From NCBI GenBank assembly GCA_963808235.1, contig CAWEEQ010000004.1:781084-845083 (forward strand): a DNA stretch of 64,000 nt, written 5' to 3'. Position 1 is the first letter of the stretch; the number at the start of each line of letters is the position of its first letter. Source of the DNA: an uncultured delta proteobacterium (GTDB taxonomy: Bacteria; Desulfobacterota; Binatia; Binatales; Binataceae). Of the stretch, positions 17,660-29,500 are shown piece by piece. A program made the translations under genes and the position numbers. The notes beneath the pieces are model-generated. The model was not told the DNA's origin. It worked only from the letters and a program-made list of their open reading frames with translations, and made no database searches.

Positions 17660-18655
17660 CTATTCTTCCGCCGGAGCATTTGCGAAGAACTGATGCCCGG
17701 TCAGATGCACGAACACGTCTTCGAGGGTGGGTTTGCCGAATGAGACTGATTCGACCTCATCGCCAAATGCGTCGACAAGATCGCGAACCAGTTCGTGCCC
17801 GCGAAGGCGTTCAATCCGAATCGTCCCATCGACCAATTGGCTCTTGAGCTTGAAGCGTTGGAGAATTTTTCGCTGCAGAACTTCAGACGCCTCGGTGCGG
17901 ATCACGATCACGTCGCCGCCGACTTCCGACTTGAGTTCCGCGGGCGGTGCGATTGCGACCAGCTTCCCCTGGTGGAGAATTCCGATTCGATCGCATCGCT
18001 CGGCCTCTTCCATAAAGTGTGTCGTCAGCACCACGGTCACGCCGTCATGCTCGCGCAGGTAGCCGAGGTAATTGAAAAACTCGCGGCGCGCCGCCGGATC
18101 GAGACCGGTGCTCGGCTCATCGAGCAGCAACAGTTCCGGCTCGTGCAGGAGCGCCTTGGCGAGCTCGACGCGCCGCTGAAGTCCGCCCGACAGCGTCTCG
18201 ACCAGGTCGCGTGCGCGTGGTGAGAGCCCGAGCCGCTCGAGCATCGCGGCAGTGCGCTCGCGCAGGCGCTTTCCGGTGATTCCATATAGATGTGCGTGAG
18301 CGGCAAGGTTCTCTGCCACGGTCAGCTTGCCGTCGAGACTCGGATGCTGAAACACGACTCCGAGCTGGCGCCGCACCGAACTCGTTTCACCAGCGAGATC
18401 ATGCCCGAGCATCCGCACGATCCCGGACTGAATCGGCACCAGCGTCGAGAGCAACTTGAAAAGCGTCGTCTTGCCGCCGCCATTCGGACCGAGAAAGCTG
18501 AAAATTTCGCCGCGCGCAACCGTGAAACTTACGTCTGAGAGCGCCGCCCGCTCGCCGTAGCGAAAACCAACCGCGCTCGCGTCGATCGCGGACGAACTGC
18601 CACCTGCGGCGTGTTCAGCAGGTTCTGATCGATTAGAAATTGTCGAGGCGCCCAT
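17660..18655 (-). CDS. ABC transporter ATP-binding protein
   Basis: Walker A GPNGGGKTT, the ABC signature LSGGLQRRV and Walker B LLLLDEPSTGLD. Confidence 0.9.
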   Translation of the reverse strand: MGASTISNRSEPAEHAAGGSSSAIDASAVGFRYGERAALSDVSFTVARGEIFSFLGPNGGGKTTLFKLLSTLVPIQSGIVRMLGHDLAGETSSVRRQLGVVFQHPSLDGKLTVAENLAAHAHLYGITGKRLRERTAAMLERLGLSPRARDLVETLSGGLQRRVELAKALLHEPELLLLDEPSTGLDPAARREFFNYLGYLREHDGVTVVLTTHFMEEAERCDRIGILHQGKLVAIAPPAELKSEVGGDVIVIRTEASEVLQRKILQRFKLKSQLVDGTIRIERLRGHELVRDLVDAFGDEVESVSFGKPTLEDVFVHLTGHQFFANAPAEE

Positions 18656-18751
18656 GGTCAGAGATTAGGATTGATTATCATCTGCCGGTGCTCCCGCCGC
18701 AAACGGCGAAGCAGTCACCAGCCGTGACAACCAGCCGCCGGAGATAAACCT

Positions 18752-19468
18752 TTACGGCTCGCCGAGTCCGCCCGCCGGCCGCGAGCCTTGCTCGGGCAGC
18801 CCGACTTCTGCGCGGTGCCATCCGTCCTGAAATGCGGTGGTGCGCTCCGCGCCGTTGCCGTGACCGGAGGCATGGCCGACGAAGTCGTCGCCGGTCATCA
18901 GGTAGTAGCGCGTAATTTCGTCCGGATCGAGCCGCCTGATCCCAAGCCGCGCGAGCGAGTAGCCGGAGAACTGATCGGCGGCAAGCTCCTTGTTTTTCAC
19001 CGGGACGTTGTCCTGGCTGGGAGCGAAGTCGTCGTGCGCGAGATGGCCGATTTCGTGCGCGAAGATCGCATACAGCATCGGACGAACCGCGTCCTGATCG
19101 TCGATCCGCATCCACTTTCCCATCAGGCTGTCGAGGAACTCGCGGTTGTAAAAAATGCATCCGCCAGCATGCGCATGAGGCGAGACCGCGCTCACCGATT
19201 CATACAGCGGAAAATTAGTTCCCCACATATCGTTGAGCTGCGCGACGATCGACTTGTAGGGTTCCTGCGCCGGGCGCGCGGGCTCGCCGCATGGCTCGAC
19301 GTTGTTGCCGGCTTTCGCCGCCGGGGCCTCCCTGGTTTCCGCCGGCGCGCTGGTGGTATGCCGCTCGATCACGTGCCAGTCGTCCTGAGCGCGGACCGAT
19401 TCGGGTAATGCGACACTCGCGACAAACGCAAGTGCAAGTAGCGCCGATATGATGTTCGATCTTCTCAA
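18752..19468 (-). CDS. Secreted putative zinc metallopeptidase (HExxH)
   Basis: Signal peptide [16 protein letters not shown]. An HEIGH zincin motif with a downstream ELAADQF glutamate. The start overlaps the ilvD stop by 4 nt. Confidence 0.55.
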   Translation of the reverse strand: MRRSNIISALLALAFVASVALPESVRAQDDWHVIERHTTSAPAETREAPAAKAGNNVEPCGEPARPAQEPYKSIVAQLNDMWGTNFPLYESVSAVSPHAHAGGCIFYNREFLDSLMGKWMRIDDQDAVRPMLYAIFAHEIGHLAHDDFAPSQDNVPVKNKELAADQFSGYSLARLGIRRLDPDEITRYYLMTGDDFVGHASGHGNGAERTTAFQDGWHRAEVGLPEQGSRPAGGLGEP

Positions 19469-21153
19469 TGCGTTACGGCGCCGCGTGAGGACGACGATAC
19501 CTGGTGCGCATACTTCGCCATCACGCCGCTCTTGTAGTGTGGCTCGGGTGACTTCCAGTCTTTGAGCCGCGCCTTGATCTCCGCATCGGTGAGTTCAACG
19601 TCGAGGCGGCGCTTCGCTACGTCGAACGTGATCGTGTCACCGTCGCGAAGCGCCGCGATCGGTCCGCCGACGAATGCCTCAGGCGCGATATGTCCCGCCA
19701 TCAGACCGTGCGTCGCGCCTGAAAAACGTCCGTCAGTCATCAGCGCCACCGAGTCGCCAAGTCCCTCTCCCACCAGTGCCGCCGTGACGCCGAGCATTTC
19801 CGGCATCCCGGGCGCGCCCTTGGGACCCTCGTAGCGAATCACCATCACGTCGCCGGCTTTGATCTGCCGCTTCGAGACCGCTCGGAACGCATCGTCTTCC
19901 GAGTTGAACACGCGTGCGGGCCCCCGGTGCTTCATCAGCTCGTGCCCGGCGACTTTGACCACGCATCCTTCCGGCGCAAGGTTGCCTTTCAGAATCACCA
20001 GCCCGCCGGTTTCTTTCAGGGGATTCTTGAGCGCGCGGACGACCTCTTGTCCCGCCGTTTCGCGCGCGGCGTCGGCCTCTACGCCGATCGTCTTGCCGGT
20101 GACTGTCATTTCGTTTTGATGCAGCAAACCGGCTTCCTTCAGCCGTTTCGCGACGAGCGGAATTCCACCCGCCTTGTACATGTCGGTGGCCATGAAGCGG
20201 CCGCCCGGCTTCAGGTCGGCGAGCAGCGGAGTGCGCGAGCTGATGCGATCGAAATCGTCGATATCCAGCGCGATTCCCGCTTCCGTCGCAATCGCGAGAA
20301 GGTGCAGCACCGCATTGGTCGAGCCGCCGGTCATCGCGACCGCCGCGATCGCATTCTCAATCGCCTTCTTGGTGATTATCTGGCTCGGCCGCAAGTTCCT
20401 CTTCAGCAAATCGACCGCGAGTCGCCCGGCATCGAACGCGCTCTCAGGCTTTTTCGGATCGGTCGCCGGGATACTGTTCGACCCCATCGGTGAGATGCCG
20501 AGAAGTTCAGTCGCAGTCGCCATCGTGTTGGCCGTGAACTGGCCGCCGCATGCGCCAACTCCCGGACACGCAACGTCTTCGAGGCGCTTCAGATCCTCGA
20601 GCTTCATCTTGCCGGCCGAATGCGCGCCGACCGCCTCGAACACATCCTGAATCGAAACGTCCTGATCGCCGAAGCGTCCCGGCTGAATCGATCCGCCGTA
20701 GATCATCAGCGAGGGCAGGTCGAGTCGGAGCAGTGCCATCACCGTCGCGGGGATTGTTTTGTCGCACCCCGACATCGCAACGACGCCGTCGAACAGATGC
20801 CCTCGCACAGTGAGTTCGATCGAGTCCGCGATTACCTCGCGGCTGATCAGCGACGCACGCATTCCATGGGTGCCCATCGAGATTCCGTCGCAAACCGCAA
20901 TCGTGTTGAACTCTATCGGCGTCGCGCCGGCGTCGCGAATTCCGCGTTTCACGTGCTCGGCCAAATCGCGCAGATGCGCGGTGCATGGCATGATCTCGAT
21001 CCACGTATGGGCGACGCCTATGAGCGGCTTGCTCAAGTCCTCGTCGGTGAAGCCGACCGCTTTGAACATCGCTCGCGCAGGCGCCCGCGAGGGTCCATCG
21101 ACCAGGATGCTGCTATTTGATCTCAGCGAATGGTTGTTGTCGTGGTCTGCCAT
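19465..21153 (-). CDS. ilvD: Dihydroxy-acid dehydratase
   Basis: An IlvD/EDD family signature (CDKTIPA, GSIQPG) at full length. The true start is probably the Met 42 codons inside the ORF-track start (MADHDNNHS), which is preceded by AAGGA. Confidence 0.9.
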   Translation of the reverse strand: MADHDNNHSLRSNSSILVDGPSRAPARAMFKAVGFTDEDLSKPLIGVAHTWIEIMPCTAHLRDLAEHVKRGIRDAGATPIEFNTIAVCDGISMGTHGMRASLISREVIADSIELTVRGHLFDGVVAMSGCDKTIPATVMALLRLDLPSLMIYGGSIQPGRFGDQDVSIQDVFEAVGAHSAGKMKLEDLKRLEDVACPGVGACGGQFTANTMATATELLGISPMGSNSIPATDPKKPESAFDAGRLAVDLLKRNLRPSQIITKKAIENAIAAVAMTGGSTNAVLHLLAIATEAGIALDIDDFDRISSRTPLLADLKPGGRFMATDMYKAGGIPLVAKRLKEAGLLHQNEMTVTGKTIGVEADAARETAGQEVVRALKNPLKETGGLVILKGNLAPEGCVVKVAGHELMKHRGPARVFNSEDDAFRAVSKRQIKAGDVMVIRYEGPKGAPGMPEMLGVTAALVGEGLGDSVALMTDGRFSGATHGLMAGHIAPEAFVGGPIAALRDGDTITFDVAKRRLDVELTDAEIKARLKDWKSPEPHYKSGVMAKYAHQVSSSSRGAVTH

Positions 21154-21224
21154 CCTTGCATTTGTATAACAGCGCGCGCTTTCGCGAAATCCCGGCAGAG
21201 GCCAGCCCCTGTCGCGCTTGCCGA

Positions 21225-21698
21225 TCAGCCCTTTGCGGCGAGGTTGTTGCGCAGTCGCGCCTTGCTCTCCGGCGACCACACCTTATCGATGCTATAAGCG
21301 GTTTCGAACGCGCGCGCTCCCTCTGGGAGCCGCAGCCAGGGCACTTTGCTGCGGGTGAAGATGTGCACGTCGGGAGTGACGGCGTCGGGCGTGTCGAGTG
21401 TCCCAGCGCGAACGAAAAGCGCATCGCCGGGCGCGACGTGATAGCGGCTCCATACGTAGGTGCCGCAGTTGTCGCAGAAGAACACCTCGTGATCCTTTCC
21501 GGTGCCGCCCTTGAGCGTGAACGACTTCGGAGTCGCGCCCGTTCTTTCCACGAACTTGCTCTCGATCCATATGTTGATCACAAAGCCGCTGCCGGTAACA
21601 CGCTGACAATCACGGCAGTGACAGGCGTGCACAATCAGCGGGCTCGAGGTCAATTTGTATCGGATCGATCCGCAAGAACATCCACCTTCCAGATTCAT
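21225..21698 (-). CDS. GFA family protein (glutathione-dependent formaldehyde-activating / CENP-V-like)
   Basis: Cysteine pattern CSCGSIRY...CHCRDC...CDNCG. Confidence 0.8.
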   Translation of the reverse strand: MNLEGGCSCGSIRYKLTSSPLIVHACHCRDCQRVTGSGFVINIWIESKFVERTGATPKSFTLKGGTGKDHEVFFCDNCGTYVWSRYHVAPGDALFVRAGTLDTPDAVTPDVHIFTRSKVPWLRLPEGARAFETAYSIDKVWSPESKARLRNNLAAKG

Positions 21699-21770
21699 AA
21701 GAAATCTCCGTATGAGGAAAAAGATTGCCCCGATCGGATGCGCACCGATCGGGGCAGCGCCGTGCGTTAG

Positions 21771-22133
21771 CTATTCTTCCTGATGGCAGACGGCCTCGAT
21801 GTTGTTGCCGTCGGGATCCTTCACGAAACCGCCGTAGTAGTTGGCGTGATACTGGGGCCTGAGGCCGGGCTCTCCATTGTCCTTGCCGCCGGCGGGCAGA
21901 GCCGCGCCATAGAATTTCCTGACACTGGCCCGGTCTTTCGCCGTGAATGCGACATGCACGGATCCCTTTGACTCACCCTTGCTCAGCCATAGGGCAGGTG
22001 CGTCTTTGGGTCCGAAGCCGACCACGCCGTCGTCCTCGTACTGGACGCTGAAGCCCAGGGGAGCCAAAGCGGCCGTGTAGAAACGCTTGCTCGCATTGAT
22101 GTCCTTCACCTTCAACATGATGTGATCAAACAT
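21771..22133 (-). CDS. VOC (glyoxalase/bleomycin-resistance) family protein
   Basis: 120 aa. N-terminus FDHIMLKVKDINASKRFY, with a beta-alpha-beta-beta-beta module. Confidence 0.8.
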   Translation of the reverse strand: MFDHIMLKVKDINASKRFYTAALAPLGFSVQYEDDGVVGFGPKDAPALWLSKGESKGSVHVAFTAKDRASVRKFYGAALPAGGKDNGEPGLRPQYHANYYGGFVKDPDGNNIEAVCHQEE

Positions 22134-22181
22134 AACTCTCTCCTTCTCCTTGAATTTTTCGTTCGCAGATCGTTTCTGGTT

Positions 22182-22436
22182 TCAGTGCTGTCCGCGCCAT
22201 GCAGGCATGTCAGCCAGCAGATCGCGCGCGAGACGCTTCGCCGCTTCCGGCGTCACTCCCTGGCTCTGCTCGTAGATGCGCGCGTTGCAGTCGAGCACCT
22301 GCTCGTATGGCAGCAGCTCGCCCCGCGCATCGGTGCAGTAGCTGCAGTAGGGACGGGTCACGTCACCGAGCGCGAAGTCCTCGGGCTTCTCCATAGGCAT
22401 TCCACATGAACCACACGAGATACATTTTTCGGCCAT
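22182..22436 (-). CDS. Small zinc-ribbon domain protein, hypothetical
   Basis: 84 aa with CxxC...CxxC (CISCGSC ... CSYC). Confidence 0.5.
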   Translation of the reverse strand: MAEKCISCGSCGMPMEKPEDFALGDVTRPYCSYCTDARGELLPYEQVLDCNARIYEQSQGVTPEAAKRLARDLLADMPAWRGQH

Positions 22437-22451
22437 ATCGTTGCCTCCTTT

Positions 22452-23039
22452 TCAGGGTTTCACCAGCGTCATAAAATGCTGCACCAGAGCCTCTCCATGT
22501 TCCGCGATCACCGAGCCTCCGTTCGCGAACATGTCTCGATTCACCAGGTAATGATGGACCAGGCCGATCCACGTGTTGAACAGCAGCGGCCGCTCAATCT
22601 TGCGCGCGCGGCCGAGTTTGCGTTCCCGCTCCAGCGCCATAAAGAGCCGTTGCGAAATGGCCGCATGAAGCATCAGCAAGGTGCTGCGCACCTTTGGCGG
22701 CAGCATCGGCGCTTCGATCACCAGGCGCGAGTAGAAGGGCTCGAACTCGGCGAGCACCTTAAGATGCGCTCGCAGCACCGCCCGCAGTCCAAGATCCTTT
22801 TCGAGGACCTGGCGAAACTCGACTTGCAGCCGGCGCCCGAACTCGTCGATCACGGCGATCACCAGGTCGTCGCGCTTGGGGAAATGAACGAACACGTTGC
22901 CGTGCGACATGCGGATCGACCTGGCGATGTCGGCGGTGGTGGTCTCGGCGATTCCGTTGCGCGCAAATAGCGCCATCGCCGCGTTGACCAGCCGTCCTCG
23001 GGTCGCAACCTTCTGTTCTTGCCGGGTCGCCGCCTGCAT
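22452..23039 (-). CDS. TetR/AcrR family transcriptional regulator
   Basis: N-terminal HTH TRGRLVNAAMALFARNGIAETTTADIARSIRMSHGNVFVHF. Confidence 0.85.
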   Translation of the reverse strand: MQAATRQEQKVATRGRLVNAAMALFARNGIAETTTADIARSIRMSHGNVFVHFPKRDDLVIAVIDEFGRRLQVEFRQVLEKDLGLRAVLRAHLKVLAEFEPFYSRLVIEAPMLPPKVRSTLLMLHAAISQRLFMALERERKLGRARKIERPLLFNTWIGLVHHYLVNRDMFANGGSVIAEHGEALVQHFMTLVKP

Positions 23040-23200
23040 CTTCCTTCCCCGGAATAACTGAGTGAAGACTCAGTGAGTCCATACTCACCATACGAGCCGG
23101 GCGCTTCTATGTCAAGGGGTCAAACGCCGCCATCCTTTGAGCATTCAGATGATGCTGTTAGAATCTGCCCGACTCGAATGATTTGCTGTCGCAGAACGGC

Positions 23201-23277
23201 GCCCCCTTAGCTCAGATGGATAGAGCACAGGATTCCTAATCCTGGGGCCGTGGGTTCGAATCCCGCAGGGGGCACCA
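23201..23277 (+). tRNA. tRNA-Arg (anticodon CCT)
   Basis: A 77-nt cloverleaf. Acceptor GCCCCCT/AGGGGGC, D-stem GCTC/GAGC, anticodon stem CAGGA/TCCTG with loop TTCCTAA (anticodon CCT, A37), T-arm GTGGG-TTCGAAT-CCCGC, discriminator A and encoded CCA. Confidence 0.85.
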
Positions 23278-23304
23278 GGTTTTTCGCGACAGCAGGCAGC
23301 GGCG

Positions 23305-23757
23305 TTAAACAGACCCCGCCGGCGCAACCGTTCCGCGTATTACCAGCACCGGGCAGGCAGCTTCCCGAATGACATGCTCAGTGACGCTTCCCAGAACGAA
23401 ATGTCCGAGGCCCTTGCGCCCATGCGTAGCCATCACGATCAAGTCCACGCCGAGCTCCTGAGCAGCCCGCACGATATCAGTATCAGGCACGCCCGTTCTG
23501 ACATCGATCACATATTTCACAGCGGCCTTCACGGTCTTTCGGACTATTCGCGCGAGCCTCGCTTTCGCTTCCTTCTCCCACCGTGGCTCGGCGTCAAATG
23601 GTAGTGGCACGTCCATATCCTGGGTAGGCACTCTGGCAATGTGCAGTATGTAGAGAGTGGCATTGCTTTCTTTTGCGAGCGAGGTCGCCAAAGACAACGC
23701 AACGGTCGTATTTTCATCGAATTCGAAGGCACATAATATCTTGCTGTAATTCAGCAT
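23305..23757 (-). CDS. Universal stress protein (UspA family)
   Basis: 150 aa. ILCAFEFDE...LYILHI...VMATHGRKGLGHFVLGSVTEHVIREAACPVLVIR. Confidence 0.85.
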   Translation of the reverse strand: MLNYSKILCAFEFDENTTVALSLATSLAKESNATLYILHIARVPTQDMDVPLPFDAEPRWEKEAKARLARIVRKTVKAAVKYVIDVRTGVPDTDIVRAAQELGVDLIVMATHGRKGLGHFVLGSVTEHVIREAACPVLVIRGTVAPAGSV

Positions 23758-23792
23758 AGGTTCGGATTCGCCATTCCGGGCGGAAGCCGCCG

Positions 23793-25325
23793 CTAGAATT
23801 CCGCGAGCGATCGACCGGCCGCTCTATCGACCGCTGCCTTGGTCATGGAAAATCCGTAGAGGGCATCGGCGTACGCAGCATCGTCAAAAGTGTAGCTGCG
23901 CTGCGCATCTTCCAGTTCGATAATGCTTGTCAGGCCTGCTTCATAGCGCTTCTCCGCGAGTTCCAGTTCCGCATGTGAAGCAGCAAGCGTCCTTTCCGCG
24001 CGGGAGATGCGCTGAAGAGAAGCCTGCCAATTGAGAAACGCAGTACGGACCTGCAAGTTTATTTCTTGCCGCAGATCTTCGATCGCGCGCAGGATCGCGT
24101 GTTGCCGAAACCTCGTCTCCGCAATCTGGTCGGTAGTTAGAAAGCTGTTGAAGATTGGCCATGTGATCACGATCCCGACATTGAAATTATTCGCGGCAGG
24201 AGTTCCGGTCCCGAGCGCTGAGTAACCGCCCACCGCACTGGCGGTGGGATAGTAGTCACTCTGATACTCGACGATTTTCGCACCCATGGCTTTCGCCTGA
24301 TCCTGCAGCGCCTTCAAATCCGGTCTGGTTCGAAAAGCCGCGTCAAGCAACCCATTTAATGAGTCGTTGATCGGATGGTAGGTCAGGATGTCTGCTGGTT
24401 CAAACGCGGGTGCCGAGTCACTGAGACCCAGAGCATTGTCCAGCGCAACCTTTGCGTCTTCGTCATCATTACGGGCGTCGACGAGATGCAATTGAGCTCG
24501 CTCAACTTCGGCTTGCGTAACATAAGTATCGAGCTGTGGGCGCAGACCGGCGTTAGCCTTAACCTGAGCCTCGTGCAGATGATATTGACGCTGCTCCAGT
24601 GCCTTCTCGTAAACCTCGATCAGTCGTTTCGCTTGCAGCAACGCGAAGTATCGTTGCGAGACCTCGAAGATCAAATCAAGCTCAGTGAGCTGCTGATCGG
24701 CAGCCACGGCAGCAGCTTCAAACTGTCGCTCCGAAACAAATCCATGTCGGCGGCCGAAATCGACAAGAAACTGGGAGAGGCTCACGCCTCCCATGTAGTT
24801 ATTGCTGGTGTCCCAACCTTGCGAAGTATCATTCGCCGGGAGGTTGTGATTGGTTCCACTTATTCGCGGAAACGCTCCGTCCGGATTGTAGTAGCTCGCA
24901 TTGCCGATGCCATTGTCGGTGCTGCGCAAATATTGCGCGGCACCAAATAGTTGCGGACCCAGGTACGATCGCGCCTGGCCGATTTGCTCCTGAGCGGCGC
25001 TGGTGTTGTCCGCCGCTTCCTGGAGTCTCGGGTGATATTTCAGAGCGATCGCGATTGCTTCCTTGAGTGTCAATTGCGAGCCCGGCAGAATTGGTCCGGC
25101 GCTTGAGCCGGTCGGCTCGGATCGGGCCGTTTGGCTGGAAGTTGACGAGTTGATAGTTGACGCCGTCCCTAGCGACCAGCTGGTTCCTGGCCCCGGCGTT
25201 CCCGTAGCCGACGCCGCAGTTTGCGTTTCACCGAGTAGTACCTCCGCGGGGCCCGCGGCGTTAGCGACGCCATGAGCTGAGAGAAGGAGGTATGCGACAA
25301 GAAGCAGGATTCGCGAAGATTCCAT
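23793..25325 (-). CDS. TolC-family outer membrane efflux protein (OMF)
   Basis: Signal peptide and an S/T-rich low-complexity N-region, then duplicated OEP helical repeats. It is the last structural gene of the RND operon. Confidence 0.8.
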   Translation of the reverse strand: MESSRILLLVAYLLLSAHGVANAAGPAEVLLGETQTAASATGTPGPGTSWSLGTASTINSSTSSQTARSEPTGSSAGPILPGSQLTLKEAIAIALKYHPRLQEAADNTSAAQEQIGQARSYLGPQLFGAAQYLRSTDNGIGNASYYNPDGAFPRISGTNHNLPANDTSQGWDTSNNYMGGVSLSQFLVDFGRRHGFVSERQFEAAAVAADQQLTELDLIFEVSQRYFALLQAKRLIEVYEKALEQRQYHLHEAQVKANAGLRPQLDTYVTQAEVERAQLHLVDARNDDEDAKVALDNALGLSDSAPAFEPADILTYHPINDSLNGLLDAAFRTRPDLKALQDQAKAMGAKIVEYQSDYYPTASAVGGYSALGTGTPAANNFNVGIVITWPIFNSFLTTDQIAETRFRQHAILRAIEDLRQEINLQVRTAFLNWQASLQRISRAERTLAASHAELELAEKRYEAGLTSIIELEDAQRSYTFDDAAYADALYGFSMTKAAVDRAAGRSLAEF

Positions 25326-25385
25326 TGTTAGCTCACCCGCCTGTTCGGCGATCTATTTCGTGTTGACCCCCTTGGCTAGTTCAGA

Positions 25386-26594
25386 TCAGTCGGAGCTTTG
25401 AACTGGCGCCGACTTAGTCTGCACATCCCGGTTCTCTATCCTACAATCAACTGGGACTCCCGGAGTGAGAGTGCTGCTATAGGTCGTCACTACCAGCGAC
25501 TTCGCCGACACCCCCGAGGTTACCTCTACATAAGCGCCGTTGTTGATCCCCGTTTTAGCCGGAACTTCGGCAAGACGGCCGTTGTCTACAATCAATAGGC
25601 GCGCTGAGCCTCCCGATCCCTGAATCGCTGAGGCCGGTACACTCAGAGCGTCAGGATGCCGGATCAGTTCGATGCTGACGTGCGCATAGCTTCTCGGATA
25701 GATCAGGCGGTTCGGATTATCTATGTCGACCTCAGTCAGCATTGTGCGAGTTGCGAGATCGAGCGACGACGCATACCTGGCGACGATGCCATTGAAGACT
25801 CGGCCAGGAAATTCGTCGAAGTGCAGCATCGCCGGGGTGCCACGATGGATGAACGGATATGAAGCCTCCGGAACGTAGATATAGACTCGTAATTTATCTA
25901 TGTCGGCGAGCGTCAGGATCGGGCCGCCACCCTCGCGATGCCCTCCGGCGCCCTCAGTAGCTCCTGGGGAAATCAACCCCGAGGTTTCGTCAACTCCAAG
26001 GTCACCGCCGCCGGCGCGGATCAGAGCCCCGGGATCGGCGAATCGCCCAGTGATTACTCCATCGAAGGGCGCGATGATTTTTGTATATGAGAACATAGTC
26101 TGCAGGGTTGCAACCGCGGCTTGAGCCTCACGATACTTGGCATAAGCCATGTCGACGTCTTGCTGCGATATCAGCCGTGAGTCACTCTGCTGGACCTTCT
26201 TCAAACGATCATAAGTTATGCGCTCGATTTCGAGGCTAGCCTGCGAGCGCGTTAGGTTCGATTGCAGTTCCGGTACTTCGATTTCGGCCAGCACCTGACC
26301 GGTCTTGACCGAGTCGCCCTTGTCCACGCTGATACTCTTCAAGTATCCGGTGACTTTCGAATGAAGAGCAGCCTCGTAGAAGCCCACAACGTCGCCTGGG
26401 AGTTCGATACTTTTGTCTATTTCTCCACGGCGTGGATATACAACGTTCACTATCGGTCGTTGAGTCGTAGTCATGGGCGTGACAGGCGTGTCGCAGCCGC
26501 TCGTGCATAAAACGACGATCGATAAGATAGTCGTTACTGCCCAGCCTAAACCCCTCACTGTCGTTTGCTCCCCGGGAACTAGTAGCATGGACAT
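25386..26594 (-). CDS. Efflux RND transporter periplasmic adaptor subunit (MFP)
   Basis: A biotin-lipoyl-like hairpin and beta-barrel regions (VTGYLKSISVDKGDSVKTGQVLAEIE). Its start overlaps the RND permease stop by 1 nt. Confidence 0.85.
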   Translation of the reverse strand: MSMLLVPGEQTTVRGLGWAVTTILSIVVLCTSGCDTPVTPMTTTQRPIVNVVYPRRGEIDKSIELPGDVVGFYEAALHSKVTGYLKSISVDKGDSVKTGQVLAEIEVPELQSNLTRSQASLEIERITYDRLKKVQQSDSRLISQQDVDMAYAKYREAQAAVATLQTMFSYTKIIAPFDGVITGRFADPGALIRAGGGDLGVDETSGLISPGATEGAGGHREGGGPILTLADIDKLRVYIYVPEASYPFIHRGTPAMLHFDEFPGRVFNGIVARYASSLDLATRTMLTEVDIDNPNRLIYPRSYAHVSIELIRHPDALSVPASAIQGSGGSARLLIVDNGRLAEVPAKTGINNGAYVEVTSGVSAKSLVVTTYSSTLTPGVPVDCRIENRDVQTKSAPVQSSD

Positions 26595-29500
26595 CAGCCT
26601 CGGTCCTCATTCGGCGTCTGCACGGCCGCTGCCCGTTCGATCCGCCGATAGAAGAACTCGTAAATGCAAGGGACGAGAAACAATGTAAGTACGGTGGACA
26701 CCGCAAGACCGCCCACCGCGGCCCTTGCCAGGGGAGCCGAAGCTTCTGATCCCTCGCCGAGCTTCAACGCGATCGGCATAAGACCAGCCACCGTGGCCAA
26801 GGCGGTCATCAGGATTGGCCGCATTCTTATGCGGGCGGAATCGATCGCCGCGCGTCTTAGCTCATGTCCCTGGCGGCGTCGTTCATTGGCGAAGTCGACG
26901 AGCAAAATCGAATTCGACACAACGATACCGACCATCACGATGATCCCCATGAACGATTCTATGTTGAGTGTGGTTCCTGTCGCCCACAACGTCCAGATGA
27001 CGCCTATCAATCCCATCGGGACCGCGAACATGATGATGAAGGGGTCCAGGAAAGACCGAAATTGAGCCACCATCACCAGGTAAAGTAGAACGACCGCCAG
27101 CGAGAGACCGAAGCCGAAGCTCGAGAAAGATTTCTGCATCGAGCTTACGGCGCCGCGGTACCTGACGGAGACGCCCGGAGGGAGAGTCATCTTGCTCACC
27201 TCGCGCTGGATTTTCTCCTGCGTGCCACCCAGATCCTGGGTGCTGGGTGCGACGAGCAGATCGACAATCCGCTGAATGCTGTAATGATCTGCTTCGGAAG
27301 GGTGGGATTCGGGAGCAATAGACGCCACATCACGCAGCAAAAGGCTCTGCGCGTGTCCCGTTTCCTTGTTCACAGTCTCGATAGGGATGTTTTGCAGCAC
27401 CTCCAGAGAATCAAAGCCATTCTGGGCGCCTAGGTACTGCACCGTCAGAAAGTAGTCGTCCTTGTTTGCGCGATCGATCCAGATCGATGGTTTAATGTAC
27501 AGGTTTGAATCGAGCGCGGTGATGACGTTCTGAATGACTTCCTGCTGCGCTACGCCCAAACGCGCCGCTCTCACGCGGTCGACCTTGATGTTTAGTGTCG
27601 GATAGTCCAATTCCTGGGCGATGAAGCTCTGCGAAACTTGAGAGAGGGCGTTGATTCTCGCTTGAAGTTCCTTCGCCGCATTATGCAACTCGGTAAAGCT
27701 ACTACCGGCAAATTCGACATCGATGGGAGCTATCTTCCCGAGATTGAGAACGGAGTCGATTATGCTGCCTGAGGAAAACAGGGTACGGGCGTTCGGCAGT
27801 TGTATAGGGAGCAGTTGCTTCAACCGGGCTACATAGTATTGGGTCGGATGTCGGTGACCGGACTTGAGCGCCACCTGCATGAAACCTGAATCCTGGGCCG
27901 AGTTAGGCGAGTAAATCGCCGATATGCTGGGGGCAATTCCGATATTCGAAACGACCATGTCGAGCTCGTCCGGCGGAATCACCTTTCTGACAAGGTCTTC
28001 GATTCGACGCGCCATATCGGTGGTCAGTTCAATACGAGTACCGGCTGGCGCGCGAAAATTGATCGTGAACATTCCCGCATCGGTCTCCGGAAACAACTCG
28101 GTACCGAGACGTGGATACATCGCGAGACTTACGACGAACAGAATCGTAACCCCCACGATGACCACAGACTTGTGGTCCAGCGCATTTTCAAGAAGACGCT
28201 CGTAAGCGGAGGCAAAGCGCTCATACGCGCGATTGAAGATCGCGAACACCCCGGAAGATTCGCCGTGCTCCGCCGCGAGCGCCTGTTCGCGGGTGAGAAA
28301 ACGAGCACAGTAGATCGGTATTACGCTCATCGCGACCAGATACGACGCGGCCATCGATAGCACCACCGCCAGCGCCAGCGCACTAAACAGGTACTTCGAG
28401 ACTCCAAACAGAAACATGACCGGGAAGAAGACGATGCAGGTGGTAACGGTCGACGCCAGAACCGGTAGCGCGACCTCCTCGGCCCCATCACGTGCTGCAG
28501 CGTGCGGTTCCTTGCCTTCGGCAAGATGACGGTTGATGTTCTCGAGGACAACCACCGAGTCATCGACTAGTCGGCCGATCGCAAGCGCGAAGCCTCCAAG
28601 GGTCATGATGTTCAGCGTCGAGCCATTGAAGTATAGACCGAATGCCCCTGCCAGAATGGAAAGTGGAATCGAAAGAAAAATCGCAAAGGTCGATCGGAAG
28701 CTGCCGAGAAATATAAGAATCATGAGCGAGGCCAGAACTGCACCGGATATGGCCTCATGTTCGAGACTATCTACCGCCTGTCTGACGTAGATGGACTGGT
28801 CTAGTATGGTCTTCAGTTTCATCCCGGCTGGCAGGCCGAAAACGTTTGGAATCAGTTGCTTGACGCCATCCACCACCGAAATGGTATTGGCGCCGGCTTG
28901 GCGAAGAACCGGGATGTATACCGACGGTTGCCCGTTAATCAGCACCGTATTGTATTGAATCTGAGCAGAGTCTGTGACCTTACCGACATCATCCATCAGC
29001 ACGGGGGCCTGACCACGTCCTATCTTCACTGGCACCTGGTTAATATCGGGCACCTTTTCGATCAAGCTGTTCGAATAGATGTAGTAATCCTTGGATCCGA
29101 TCTTGACGTCGCCTGCGGGCAAGATGACGTTGGACGTGTCGAGCGCACTGACAACGTCCATTAGCGACAGGCCACGCGCTTGCAGCGCTTGCGGATTTGC
29201 GTATGCCATCACCTGTCGAAACTTGCCGCCGAAGGGAATCGGTACCGACGCGCCCGGCACCGTCGCCAGCTGATTGCGAACGTTGTAGCGGGCTTGATCC
29301 TCGAGTTGCGTCTCGTTGTAACCTTTACCTCCGAGCGTGACCAACACCACCGGCAGAGATGATGCGTCGTACTGCAGCACCAGCGGCGGGAGCGTCCCCG
29401 GCGGCAGAACCCCGAGATCGGCCTCCGCCAAGGTTCCCATCTGCGCGGCGGCAGCCGCAACGTCGGTGCCCGGCTGAAAGAACACTTTGATGATGCTCAC

